DNA from: Vicugna vicugna
Lineage: Eukaryota
NCBI GenBank assembly: GCA_013265495.1
Contig: MU057377.1
Coordinates: 124,001 to 188,000 of the forward strand
Direction of reading: 5' to 3'
DNA: 64,000 nucleotides
The stretch's first letter is position 1; the number at the start of each line of letters is the position of its first letter. Below the pieces are notes generated by a model. It was not told where the DNA came from, ran no database searches, and saw nothing but the letters and a program-made list of their open reading frames with translations. Of this stretch, positions 35,300 through 48,558 are shown in pieces. A program made the position numbers and the translations under genes.

Positions 35300-36460
35300 C
35301 GTTAGACACTAGGTTGGAGGCTCCTCCAAGCTGAGTGCTCACCAGTGCCCTAAACAACTAACTCATAGCTCCTCCTGAGGCCGCCGACAACTTCCCTCCT
35401 AGCAGAGAGCTTTGCCCCAACTGCACCTGAAATAATTAGCAGCTTTTACACCGAACTCTTACCTGTGCACCACACGTTCTAAAACTCCCTTGCATCCACG
35501 TCTCTTCTCCTCTTTTATTTTTCCAATAAGAATGGGAACTGTTTTCCAGCTTCTGTCCAGGGCTCGTCTCACTGTCTGGGTCAGAAGCCCCTCTCCTGTC
35601 TCCTCAGCGATGTTTCTCTCTCCTTTTCTGCCTCTCCCGGCTCACCGGTTCCCATTTTCATTTAGACACATTCAAGGCTGCATCAGAACGGGGGGAAACC
35701 GAACAAACCCACCTGGCCTCACCTCTCTCCTCCTACTCTGCTCTCTTCTTCCCCGCGCAGTCTTTCTGAGATACAAACACTGGCTTTCCTTCCTCATACT
35801 CACCCCCTAATCTTCTTAAGAAGATTCCCTTCCTTCCCCTGGAGGGAAGTGGAATACGATTGCCGTTCTTCAGCTGTCACCTTAATGTTTTGCCACATTT
35901 GAGGATTATTTCTGACGCACTCTCTTCCCTTGACTTTCGTAACAACACACTCTCTGGCTGTCTTCTTCACATGTTCCTGGTCCTTCCTTCTCACTCGGTT
36001 TGGTGGCTTCCTGTGACACCTTGGATGCACGCTGAGCTCTGTAGTCGGTCCCCAGCTCTCCGGCTTCACTCCTTGACATTCCCTCTCTCCTACTCTGCAT
36101 TCTGGATACGTGACTTTTCTTTTCTCTCAATTTCCAAAATGATTCTGCTTTCTTTTAACCTCTGAGACTTCATGCACACTGTCTCTGCATCCTGGGACGT
36201 TCTCCTCTGCCCGCTCTGTACCTCAGATCACCCTTTGCTTGTCTTACTGAGGCGGTGGTTTGCGCGTGCTTTTCTCCGTGAAGTGGCGCAGTGACCGTGT
36301 GGGTTACACTGGGTTTGCGCTGCTGCCCTGTGGTATCCCGAGCCTTTAGCTTGACACCCGTGAAATCGTGTTGCATTGTAGATTCAGGTGCCCTCCTTTT
36401 CTATACGTTGTAAAGAACAGCTTTGTTTAGTTCACCATTCCATCTCTGTAGATGGAATAT
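35300..36460 (+). mobile_element. L2 fragments
   Basis: ctctcttcccttgactttcgtaacaacacactctctggctgtcttctt and actgtctctgcatcctgggacgttctcc are L2-like; pyrimidine-rich. Confidence 0.6.
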
Positions 36461-39357
36461 TTTCTCGAATGATTCTTGCTCATTTGTATTTACGAGACAT
36501 CACCATTCTCTCATTAGGAACGTTTTTTGAAATTATTAAGCCAGTGAATTCTCAGGTTGAGTTCAGGTGTTCCTGCAGGCTAGCTTGTTTGCACAAAAGT
36601 AGATAGCTCGCTGACATTTTCCTCCACGTGTTCTGTAAGGCTTTGGTGGGCAGGGACTTTTCCTGTGCCTTTAGCACTGCATAGATTTTTAAATGAAATA
36701 AATTGAACTTAAGTGGGACAGAGAAATTTATTGATCCTGGAAATTACTTAAAATAGCTGGTCCTCAGATCTCAGAGATCTAGTTTCGGACATGAACTAGC
36801 CTTATAATTAAGACATACTCCTCATTGTTTTGGCTTCAGTTTCCTCATTCGTGAAGTTCTGGCTCTGCCACATAGGTGGATAAGCACTGAAAGCTATAAT
36901 CAAACAAAATACTAATATTCTATAGTCTGCCTTTTCAAAAGTACATAGTGTCTGAACTGTGATTTTTACAAGTATGTAATTTTAAAGATATTCATCTATG
37001 AATTCCACAGAATTAAGTAAATATTATTCATTTATGCAAATCAAGAGTTTTTTTTTTCCTGCGGTAAAAAAATAGTGTACTTTAAATCACAGTAGTATGT
37101 TAAATTTTTTAATTTTTGTTTTTAGTTACAGGCCAGAAAATGTGAAAGGTCTGATTGTAAAGGAAATTAAAATATTACTGAACTTTTTTCACTTTACATT
37201 AAAAAAGACCCTCAGTCAGGAACTTGGAATGCGTGTGTGTAATGCACTAGTAAGTCATTAAATACGCTCCTCCCAAGTGTGCTGATGTAATGATAATCTG
37301 TATTTTTCTCACTACACTGCAGCTTTCTCTTATTAAGATAAGAGATTAACTACATTTATGTAAAAGTCAAGTTATGTAAACTTCCTCTCATGTTTATTTG
37401 GTTTCTGGATTGTTGGTGGCAAAGTTTCTTTCTGAAGTAAGATGTGGTGTCTCCCCTGCATTACGGGGAGGCATCGGAGGGAGGAGAGATGGTGTGTTAG
37501 CCGTCCAGGGCAGTGGGGCTTCCTGCCAGGGTTCCCACCCTTTCACCCATAAAACCAGCATGAAGTCGCCCTGACTTTGCCAGATCAGATCTCGTATCTG
37601 GAACGTAATTCTCAGGGAACAGAAAATTTCAGTCTTTGTGCATAAATTTGGAAATTGGATTATTACTGTTTTTTTCGGGGTCCTTCTGTTTCTTCCTCCA
37701 CAGTCTTTGTAAAAAGCTGCTGCAAAGATGTGTCAGACATGGGGTAAATCTAACAACACAGGCAACAACTAAGTGAATCCATTTCAAAAGATGGGTGCAC
37801 ATGATTTTAATAAATTTTGGGGGTGCTGAAGTGTAAAACTCATCTAGTGAAGATAGAAGAAACAGGATATCTTCCACTACATGATGAAGCCATGGATGGC
37901 ATTTCATGTGTTCACTTGTTCATCCTTTGTGGAAGAACCGCCGGTACTGGGAAAACCAGTGTAGTGGGGATGCAGCAGAGCAACGTAACTGGGTAAGGGC
38001 TGCAGACACTGCGGGCAGCCTGTACAGGCCGCACAGCCCGGGGAGCGTCCTGGTTTTAAGACACAAGTGTAAGAAATCTGTCACAGTTTCTCAAATGCTA
38101 ACTGTGAAATTGAGGTTGTTTAAAAGGGATGTTTAAAATATTCACATTGAAACTCCTTAACACCGCTATTTATAAGAAAGAATTATTCTTCATTTCTGTC
38201 TGATGATTTGTTTATAGGACCGTTGGTTAATATTAATTTATCAGGGTAATAACTTTTGTTTAATATTTTATGAAGATTCCATCATACACTTTTGTTTTAT
38301 GAGATTCAAGTCTTAATAACTACCATTTTGGTAAAACTGCCCCATAAACACACACACACACATTTACAACATAATCTTCCACAGGACATTAACGTCTTAG
38401 TATTTTAGATGGTCTGTAATGCATGTCACATTCATTGTAGAAAAGTGTACATTTTGTTTTACGTGAAGGCATAGTCATTTAATATTGCCTCCATAAATTT
38501 GTAATGCGTTTTCTTATACAAGGTATTTTAAATGATTTTTATATTAATTTATGTAGAAATGTTTTATTCCTTAGTAAGTAAAAAGGCTAATTGCACAAAG
38601 CATGCTTTCTTTTTTTCAAGTTAAAATATTTGGAAAAAAGTCTTTTGAGCTTAATAAATCATACAGCAAGAGGAACCAGCTTGTGCTGAAAATGCTGCTA
38701 TGTAATTATTGAGTTTGGGGATTAAAAACTTGTTATGCATCCTCAGACTGTATTTTTAAAAAAGCAGAATGGAATAGTGGAGAGAGTGGGGCTGAGCTGT
38801 AATTTTTCACTGACTGGGTACATAAAGTGATGTCTTTGATCCAGCAAGGCCTTTTACCTGGAGTGGGATTCAAATCCTATGGTGTCGGTGGTACTGGTTA
38901 CTTACACTGGGCTTTCCGAGGTGTTTCATAAGTAACGTCACCCATGGCACACCATCCTTTTAAAGCACATTTACGGTATTCAGAAGTATGTTTTTGACAG
39001 AATTAAAAAGTAAGTATGCAACCAAAATATTTATTAGTGCTAACTGAAAGGACTTCCTTTTATTGTGTTAAGTAGAAGAGAAATATTGTGAAGGAGTAAT
39101 GGAAATGGAAAACCAGCGGGAATATTTGTAAAACAACATTGATCTTTATCCATGAATAACTAGATGTAACATATTAGGAAAATTTCTCTGAAATGCCCTG
39201 GAAATTGTATTTTAAGTAAGCTTGATGCCTCATGCCTGCCAGCTTATCTATTATTTTAGAAACTTCTGTGTGGAGTTGCAAATATGAAATTTCAAAAGTG
39301 AACCTTGGTACAAAATAACATTATTCCAGTGTTCATAAATTTTTATTTAGGATTTTA

Positions 39358-40286
39358 TTTTATTTTTTTAAGTTCAAATATAGTTGATATATAATAAATG
39401 GAAGTTACAGGTTGTACAACAGACTGATTCACAATTTTAGAAGTTGTATTCCATTTACAGTTACTACAAAGTACTGGCTGTGTTCTGTGTGTTGTGCAGC
39501 ACATCCTCGTGGCTTACTTAGTTCATACATAACAGTTTGCTCCTCTTAGGCCCGTGCCCCTGTCTTGGCCCTCCTCCTTTCCCTCTCCCCACTGATGACT
39601 ACTAATTTGTTTCTTATATACGAATCTGTGTCTTTTTTGTTATATTCACTAGTTTGTTTTATTTTTTAAATTTCTCATGTAAGTGGTATCATACAGTATT
39701 TGTCTTCCTCTGTCTGATGTTTCTCTTAGCATAATGTCCTCCAAGTCCATTCATGTGGTTGCAAATGGCAAAAGTTAATTCTTTTTCATGGCTGAGTGTT
39801 CTTTCAGTGTATGTGTGTGTGTGTGTGTGTGTGTCTGTGTGTGTGTACCACATCTTCTTTATCTGTTCTTCCATTGATAGGCACTTAGATTGCTTCCATA
39901 TCTTCAGAATGAAACGTAACGCTGCTATGAACATTGGGGTGCTTGTATCTTTTCAAATAAATGTTTTCATTTTTTTTTGGATATATACCCAGGGGTGGAA
40001 TTGCTGGGTAATATGGTAGTTCTCTTTTTAATTTTTTGAGAAACCTCTGTGCTGTTTTCCACGGTGGCTGCATCAATTTACATTCCCACCAACAGTGTGG
40101 GAGGGTTCCCTTTTCTGCAAGTCCTCGCGGACATTTATTGTGTTCTTTTTGATGATGGCCATTCTGACAGGTGTGAGGTGATATCTCATTGTGGTTTTAA
40201 TTTGCATTTCTCTGATGATTAACGATGTTGAGCATCTTTTCATGTGCCTGTTGGCCATCTGCATGTCCTCATTGGGAAAATGTCTG
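39358..40286 (-). mobile_element. 5'-truncated L1 (ORF2 C-terminus plus 3' UTR) with TSD
   Basis: Peptides [38 protein letters not shown] and [30 protein letters not shown] at 39346-39357 and 40287-40298. Internal (TG)n at ~39812-39846. Confidence 0.93.
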
Positions 40287-40709
40287 TTTAGGATTTTAAA
40301 TGGAAACTTGGAGTGATGTATTTTGGTCTGTTTTCTGAGGGTTGTAATATATTTGATTACATATTTACCCCATTTATATATATTTTTTCAAATGAAAGCC
40401 AGTGTCTTCAGTGGAAATATATATACTTATATTTCAGAATCTTAAAATCTAAGATATGTAAAAAGTGAGCTGCTAAAAGAGATAATGATTTTTAATAATC
40501 TGACCAAGCTATTATTATTTGTTTCCCAAAAGTCATTAAAACCCTTCAAAGGGCAAAATACTTAATTTGGAAGTTTATTAACTGTAAATATTTAAAGAAA
40601 AATTAAAAATTATTTTTAAAATTAGCTCTGCCAGTTTTGAGTATTTTGACAAGACTGTTGCTGAAGGTGTGTTCCTTCCTCTGTTTAACGCCCTGTCAAT
40701 TATTTGCAG

Positions 40710-40753
40710 ATCCGGTGGTGTTGTGGAAGTTCCCAGAGGACTTTGCAGACCAG
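40710..40753 (+). CDS. DENND1B: Internal 44-nt coding exon (human exon 3 equivalent) of DENN domain-containing protein 1B, uDENN region
   Basis: ttgcAG|ATCCGGTGGTGTTGTGGAAGTTCCCAGAGGACTTTGCAGACCAG|GTtgga. Entering in phase 1 it reads (G)AT CCG GTG GTG TTG TGG AAG TTC CCA GAG GAC TTT GCA GAC CAG = DPVVLWKFPEDFADQ; recalled human DENND1B is ...ENEDPVVLWKFPEDFGDQEIL... Canonical AG/GT; candidate branch point TTTAAC at 40684-40689. Confidence 0.95.
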
Positions 40754-42659
40754 GTTGGAACCGCATAATTTTTTTAAAAAAAATTTAAAATTGGAGTTAT
40801 TATGATTGTTACTACTGTTACTGCTACTGCTACTTCATATGAATTGCTATAAGTATTTTGTCTTGATCAGCTGTGAGAATAAAAAGCCATGTGTGCAGAA
40901 TACATGGAAAATCTTTTAAAGTTACCAGGTTGACGGGGGTGAAGAAGCCTTTTTCTTAAAACTAATAAGAGCTGAAGGTTTACAGTTTCAGCGTATTTTT
41001 ACACTTTTAGTCTATTTGTGGACTATGTATTTGGAAACATTTATACGTTTCCCCTTCACAAAGCCTTGATGATACCATAGTCTGTTGTGTGTTCCTCTGT
41101 AAGCTCTGTGAGGAAGAAAGTGAGAAGTTAGTAGTAACTGCTGTGAATCCTTGTCACAGTAATAGTGGAATTATTCGCATGTATAAGTGGAGTTGACAAT
41201 ATTTTATTATTTATAATAATTATTGTCTGTAGCTTATTTTCTTAAAAGGGGAGACTTTGGAATGAATTTACTGTCTTTGCATTTTAAATTATGCTCTTCT
41301 CTAGTTCTTTAAGTATTTGGTGTGACTGAAATGAGTTATTTTGACATGACATATATGTCAGTAGAAAAACTTTTATAATTTGCATTATGGATTTATCATT
41401 TTGAAGTGAATTATATAGTTAATGGTACAAATTTAAATTATTATATAAATAAGCACTTTTTCTGGATATCTTTTTTTATCTGCAAAGAAATGGAATAAAA
41501 CAGTCTTGTCACTGTTAAAATTATAAAATGATAACATTACAAACTTTAAGTTCACAGATATGATTATCATAATTTACAAAAATGAAAGCTGATAAAAGCA
41601 TTCATTTAAAGCAGTTCATTCAGAAATAAATATGCAGACACATGTGATTTTGCCGTGGAAGAGTTAAGTTTCTACTCATGAAAATCAGTATATGAGATTA
41701 GGAAATTTCACTGTAAAGGTGATTTGAAGGAGCATGTTAAGTATTAATTAGATCTAGTGCAATCCTTGACTGTCGTTTCACATAAGAAGAGAGTATGTGC
41801 TCTTAGCTTGCTTTAGCCATTTAGAGAAAGAACAGGTTTATACATGTCTTAAGTATGTAAACCAAGTCCCCACAAGAAGGTGTGATTTGTACATGGGAGG
41901 CTTAATTGGGTTTGTTCCCCAGTCAGGTGAAGTTAGAGCCTTACTGACTCATTTTACCATTTGAAATGCTGTTCCTCTGTTGGTGTTACCAATTCTCTCT
42001 TGTCTAACCTCCTGTCCAAATTTATTATTATTATTTTTTTTTGGTGATTTCTACCTCTTCAGCTTCCTCTGAGAATTCCCAGGGGGTCTGAGGGCTCCTG
42101 ACTCTGGGTTCACATAATGGTGCTAGTGTCCTTGTCGAGGTCTGCTGCAGTAAATTTTTCAGTGAGACTATTGCTGTTCCTCTTTGTGAGTGATAAACTG
42201 GTGATAGGAATTTCTTAGCTGTTGCTTTGTTTCCCAGACTTGTGAGGTCAGTGGAACATGAATAAGCCCTCACAGCCTTAGTGAGATACACAGGTGGTCA
42301 GCTGTGTCGTGGCGGTGGTGTTCCTAACCCCAGGATTCCAGTTCACAGCAGTTCTCATGGTCCTTTTGAAGGTTAGAGCTAGAAGAAGCTTGAGATACCA
42401 TTTTGTCCAACTTCTTCATTTTATAGCTAAAGAAACCAGCTTCACGTGCTCGTCCGGCCAGGGCCCTGCGGAGTGCTTCTGCTGTATGCTTTCCGGTGAC
42501 GCTTCTGACACTACGGATGACACGAGCACCCTGTGTGTATTTCGCACCCTCCTCATCTTTTACTGCTTCCTGTGCTAATTGTCTGCCTCTTCCTAAACAG
42601 CCTTTTCACTAGATCTGAGGCTGCTTCAGTAGTAATCCTACCAGAGCTCTTCGTTCAGC

Positions 42660-42865
42660 TCTTCCCTGCACGTACTAGGCACCGTACCAGTTGCTTCTGT
42701 GGTGCTTTGTCTTCACGTCTCCCCAGTCCTGCTAGGACACAGCGTCATCCCCCACACCGAGGCTCGAGTTAGAAACTGTTCAGGTATCACCCTGCTTAGA
42801 AGGGGCAGAGCGAGAGTCTGAAGGCAAGTTTGTCTAACTCAGAAGCATGTGCTATTAACAGGCAA
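42660..42865 (-). mobile_element. MIR SINE
   Basis: ccgaggctcgagttagaaactgttcaggtatcac...ggcagagc...tttgtctaactcagaagcatgtgctattaac. Confidence 0.5.
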
Positions 42866-44369
42866 GCTACATTGTTCTTTCTGCTTGGAATGCTGAGCCA
42901 AACCCTACTCACTTGTTTTAGCTCTTTTTAAAAAAAGTTTATTACGTTTTTCCCTCATAGTATCCTCACAGTTTGAAAGCAGTGTATTTTATTGTTTAAT
43001 CCAAAGAAATAATACCGGCCCATTTTCCTCCTTGGTTCTGCCGCGGGCACTGGTTCATCATGTGCTGCTTTGCAGGGCTTTTCTTTCTTTTGGCAGTGGA
43101 GGAGCCAGCGGGACAGCCCAGGTCACATTTCAGGAGCTGTCATTGTTTGTTTTTTTGGTACAGCAGAGATTTTTGTAGCGGAGAGTAGGAGACGAAACTA
43201 TCAATGCTAATCGGGCCGGGTCTTGGCAACAATTAAAGGCCTTGCTAAGAGCTGGTCCTTCAAATGGACTTAAGGAGACTGTGATGTAACAAAGTAAGTG
43301 TGTAAGGAGTGTTAATTTGGAAGTGATTCCATTGTGGACTGGTTGTGGGAGAAACTGGAGGCAAGGGCATTAGTCAGTAGTTCAGCTGAGGAAGGAGAAG
43401 GATCTGGAAGAGTTGGCTCCATTAGGAGTGAGAAGGGGGTGTGTGTGCCCACCTGGACAGACTGGCACACGTTTCCGCAGCAAAGGCGGGCGTATTCAGG
43501 ATCAGCAGAGAATTGCAGCTTGGAGTCTGCAGCCAGGACGGGCCAAGTACAAGTCCCACAGGGCAAGGGAGGAACACTTTCCTGGAGGAGAAGAGGAAGT
43601 CAGGAGGGCTGTGTAAACAAAGAGCCCTGGCTTCGTGTTGGCGGTGTCCTTGGGCTCCGCTGTGGCTGCGGGGTGTGAGAGCTCCCCCTTCTGGTCTCTC
43701 AGCTCAATTTGGTGGCGGTTTCTGTTGATTATCTTTTTTACAAGTGTAAAGGAGGGAAAGAGATTGCATGTAAAGGTGTTTCGGGGGGGCATGGGGTGGA
43801 GAAGGGTAAAGAAGAGAGGGTGAGTTTCTCTCCGAGTTTCTTCAAGAAATTGTGAGTTATCTTCCGCGCAAGTGATGGAAAGGCACTTTGGGGAGTGAGG
43901 AAGAGAGGAGAGTGTTTGCAACCCTAGAAAATACAAAGGTGTGACTGCACTTGAGATTGCCAAACAGATTTAGCTGTTGTCAGATTTAAGTTTTGCAAAT
44001 GCATTGAGGGCTGTGGCTGAGAGGATTAACGCAGAACGAATCTTCCCTTCCATGACGCTGATAATGGCAGTATCTCCTATTACATTTGTGAGAGGGTCAC
44101 CACTTCTGTACAAAGTGAGTGATTTTGTTTCTTTTTGGGGCTGTCAAGCTCAGCTGTCCATTGCTCTCATTTTCCTGTTCACATTTGTACTTAATAGCTT
44201 GAGACCGTTTTTCACAACACTTAAATTTCCCCCTACTTTCTACTTGTCGTTTTCACGGTTCGCTTTTCTGGAGCGTTGATGCTTGCCTATGCCTTTGGCC
44301 TTTTAAGGCCATGGTTGGTCTGTGTTTCTTGAGGGAGAGGAGTCAATCTTTGTGAGCGTAATATACTTT

Positions 44370-44620
44370 TAGAGAGTGGTCAGAAATAAAATCTTACAAA
44401 TTCTGGGATCGGACAGATGTGTGTTTGAGTCGTAGCTCTGTGTTTACAGACTGAAGTGTTGCTTAAAGCAAGATACAGAGTCTGTCTTAATTCCTCATTT
44501 GCAAAATAGGGCTGATTTTACTAATCTGACAAAATTAGAATCAGAACGAATGCTCTGAAGTCCATAGAGTGTAGCACCTGCCGCACAGAAAGCGCTCCAC
44601 AAATGTGAGCCAGTTGTTTT
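44370..44620 (+). mobile_element. MIR SINE
   Basis: tctgtcttaattcctcatttgcaaaataggg...gcacctgccgcacagaaagcgctccacaaatgtgagc. Confidence 0.65.
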
Positions 44621-44770
44621 ATTGCTATGTTGTAAGGCCATGAATGTTTATTAATTTGTGATGAGGACTGGATGAAACTGCTTTATGTAGACTGTTGCTT
44701 TTACAGTTCAGTAACAAGTTTGAGAATGTCACTGCTTTATAGACTTCCAGGAAGATTTATAATTTTATAG

Positions 44771-45326
44771 TGTCAGGAAGGAGGAAACTTTCCTCTACCC
44801 CCTAAGTTCTTCTGGCTGGTCTAAGAATTACATTGACATGAGACAGACCAACAGGAGAAAATCAAACCAAAGTTTAATACCATGGGAGGGACCCAGGAAA
44901 ACTGGTAAGTGGCCAGAACGGCTGAAGCCCTCACCCACCATCTTCAGCTGAAGACAAAAGAGGAAAAGAGGACGTTGAGGGTAGTGGTTTGGGACCTCAG
45001 AGAGGAGGAAAGCAGTTCGCATGGAGACAGAACAGCGAATGCTTGGTAAACAGATGCTTGCTGGGCCAGGCAGGACAAGGGGGCACAGAGTGCCTCTGAT
45101 GTCCAGGCCCTGCCTGGTTTTCCCCCCACACCTGGCAGGTACTCTTTGCAGATGTCTCTGGCCGTAGCTGTCTTCTGGGGGCAGGCCCTCTGTCTAAATT
45201 CCTTTAGGCAGATACAGAGGAGGGACGAGAAAAACTTCCTGTCTTGGTTTCTTATAAATAATCAGCCTAAATACATCCTCATGCCAAAGAGACACATTTT
45301 GGGGTGGCAAATATTGCTTGCCTGTA
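44771..45326 (-). mobile_element. ERV1-class (MER34-like) solo LTR with 4-bp TSD
   Basis: Antisense start ...atatttgccaccccaaaatgtgtctctttggcatgaggatgtatttaggctgattattt and end ...aaagtttcctccttcctgaca. ATAG at 44767-44770 and 45327-45330; a 4-bp TSD is typical of ERV1. Confidence 0.82.
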
Positions 45327-46646
45327 ATAGCAGAAGAAGTATTTTCAGGACGTCTCCGAGCCGTAAGACTATGGAACCGACACAGAAATCATCAAGTCCA
45401 TTTGCTTAGTTTTTAGATGGAAAAACCAAGAACAGATGATAAAGATGTTCAAACAAGATGTCTGTAAGAACAGTGAGTAATAAGCCTGTTTTCAGAGGAG
45501 CCAGTTAAGGTTATGTCTGATTTATGAAAATAAGTGGACAGAATTTTTATGGAGGGAAGGTCTTGAGATACAACATGCAGTAATCAGCACAGTACAGCAA
45601 GCAGATGTCCAGAATATCAAGTAAACAGATTTAGTGTATCTGGACTTGGCCTGGGCAAATGTATTTTTCTAAAACTTCAAGGGTGTGTCTGAGGTGTATC
45701 CCCAGTTGAGAACCTAGAAGATGCAAGGAATTTAAAACAAAGAAGTAAGATTATGGCCAGGTGAACGTTGAAAATAGTAATTGAAATTATAACTGGCAAT
45801 GTCATACTACTGTTGCCTAATGTCACAAGGCAAAGCACTGCCAGGCGCTGACAAATACAGGAAAACTCAACAGAACTGTTTCATGAAAGTTTTGACCCTC
45901 ATTTTCCTGGAGAGGAAAACATATTCTGGAGACTCAGGGCATTGGCATGTCTCTAGGAACTTCCTATAAAACATATGACTTCAGAAATGTTCATATTCAT
46001 AAAATTTACATGTACAGATTTAACCCAGTCTCTTGTGATTTGCTAGCTTTTTGTATAATAGTAATTATTATTATATTGAACAACTCTTATAATAATAACA
46101 ACATACCAAACAGACCAAATTACTTCTAGCATCTTATAAGTTAAGAGGACACATCCCTGTGATTTTCAGGGAACCTGTAGAAAATCTCCAAGGTAGTTTT
46201 AGTTGTAAAACATACCCTGCAAGTTTTTGATTTTTTTCTTTATTTGGAATCTGAGTTTGGGAAGGCAAGATTTTAAAAGCTGGAAGATTTATCTGTCTGA
46301 TGAAAATGGGGTCCATAGGTGCCTGTGAGCCACACGTGGTTATCTGTTTAATCAAAGTGCCAATACAATACTGAACAGTAAATCTAGACGGTAACCCGAT
46401 GGAAGGCTGCTTCTGTAAACGAGGAACTCCTGTACTCCTCCTCCTCCGTAAATAATAAAAGATGAAATAAAGTCAGTTTCAAGCGCAAAAAATTATCCTG
46501 CGAGGATGGAATTTTGGGTACCTTGGGGGCACATGAAGGTGAGAATAACCTCTCCTGTTGGAGGCACAGGCGCTGACCAGTATCCAGGGCAGCAAGTCCA
46601 TCAGAACTGAGTGAACTTGACACTTTTCATAGCTACTTTTCAAAGT

Positions 46647-46992
46647 CAGGGATTATCAAACATTTTAAGTTGTATTCATTGCACTCTCTCATGCTCAAGA
46701 GCACACTGATCCTTTAACGCTTATCTTGACGCTTTAGGACGTATTGCGGAGATCTGCACGGTCACACTGATTTCATCGTCACCATCACCATCACGTGTGT
46801 GGTGCTTGTGTTGGCGTGCAGGGATCCATGACTGCTGTCCTCACGTGAACTCACGTGTCTTTTAAAAATTTATCAGTTTTGATTTCTAATACAGTGCATT
46901 TCAGTAGTTGTTATGTAAACAGTGGCTCTTCACCGTCCTCAAAAGGTCTCAAGAATATAGAGGTAAAAAAACCAAGTATAAAAGCCCAGGAA
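46647..46992. mobile_element. Charlie1-like hAT remnant
   Basis: cagggattatcaaacatttt terminus; tttgatttctaatacagtg...taaacagtggctcttcaccgtcctcaa resembles the Charlie1 end. Confidence 0.5.
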
Positions 46993-47924
46993 TCGCTGTT
47001 TTAGGGTCAAACTATTCTTTGAAAACAAAAACATTTGCACAGTTATATTTATCAGGCATTGCTGTTCCCAGTGTAGTCTTAACCTCTCATATTAATGGTA
47101 ATTTTTAACCTAAATAGCTAACTTCTGTTTCATAGGAAAAGGAAAAAAAAAAAAAGCAAACACTTGCAAGGTGGATAACTGAGCACCTGTGTCCTGCCAG
47201 ACCTCACGATACCCATAGTACCACTTTCTAAAGCCCCCTCGCCCCCTTTACATCTTTGTAAAGTGGCAAAAATGAATAGGTTCATTATCATGACCCAAAG
47301 ATACAGCCTTTTTATAGCACACAAAAATAAGAAGTATATAAACTTAATTACGCTTAGTAGCCAGTGTATTAGTGTCCTGTCTTAGAAATTATGTAGGTTA
47401 GTAATACAATGTATAATACAATGAGTGTACATTAACTCAATGTCAGTTCAATATTTTGGTTACCTAAAGATTGTGGAAATTATGCTTAAGCAGATATATT
47501 ATAAAATATAATTACTGTTGAGATGAAGTTCATCAGGATAATGATACGTTTTGATTGACTAGAAACGTACATTTTTTATACCCTTAAATCATATGCTGTG
47601 TTAGCTTATAGTTCAGTAAACCTGTATACATTTAGGAAAAACAGGCCCAAATAGAATGAGTGTGTGCTTATGTTATACTTGACACTCATAAGTCAGAGAA
47701 GTCACAGCTGTATTTATTCAACTAATGATAAAACTAGATGTTTGCTAAAGATTTACCTTAATATGTGAATTTTAATTCTCTAAGAATTTTTTTGAAGTCT
47801 AGCACACTTGAAGTAATAGAAGTTCAATTTTCTTATTTTATAGGATTTTTAGGAATAATCAGTTTATGTACATTTCTCTCTATAGACCAATCAGGACAGA
47901 GCTCCTTTAGTTTATTTAAAAATT

Positions 47925-48558
47925 ATTTGGAAGGACTTTATTTTTCACAGCAGTTTAAGGTTCACAGCAAACGGAGAGGAAGAGGTAGTGGTTTCCCAGG
48001 TCCCTTGCCCCCCGCCCTTGCACAGCCTCCTCCAGCATCAGCATCGTTTGCCGGAGTGGTGCTGCCTTCACCAGGAACAGACCTACACAGACACAGCATC
48101 ACAACCCGAAGTCCATCGTTTACCTGAGGTTCCCTCTTGCTGTCGGACATTCTGTGGGTTGACAGATGTGTGATGACACGTATCCATCATCATAATACCA
48201 CACACATGCTCTCACTGCCCTGGAACTTTGCTGTGCTCTGCCTGTTTGTTCTTCCCGGCCATCCCCATCCCTGGCAACCTGTCGTCTTTTTATTGTCTCT
48301 ATACTTTTGTCTTTTCCAGAACATCATAATCATACAGTATATGGACTTCTCAGATTGGCTTCTTTGATTTGATAATGCACATTTAAGGTTTCTCCATGTT
48401 TTTATGGCTTGGTAGCTTATTTCTTTTTAGCAGTGGGTAATAGTCCATTGCCTGTAAGTACCGCAGTTCATTTATCCATTTACCTGCAGAAGGACATCTT
48501 GATGGCATCCAAGTTTTGACAATTATGAATAAAGATGCTATAAACATCCATGTGCAGG
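47925..48558 (-). mobile_element. L1MC1-like 3' UTR fragment
   Basis: gactttatttttcacagcagtttaaggttcacagcaaa...ttctcagattggcttcttt...ccaagttttgacaattatgaataaagatgctataaacatccatgtgcagg. Confidence 0.85.

Larger units (their letters stand above)
1..40709 (+). other. DENND1B: DENND1B intron upstream of the 44-nt exon (partial; preceding exon not seen in window)
   Basis: No match seen to the preceding coding sequence (ANPDRTFDLVLKVKCHASENE). T-rich + strand and repeat-dense; 5' introns of this gene are known to be very long. Confidence 0.8.

Noticed and set aside
46384..46623. 79-aa minus ORF and a + strand donor AAG|GTGAGA
   Set aside because: No good upstream acceptor and no recognisable homology.
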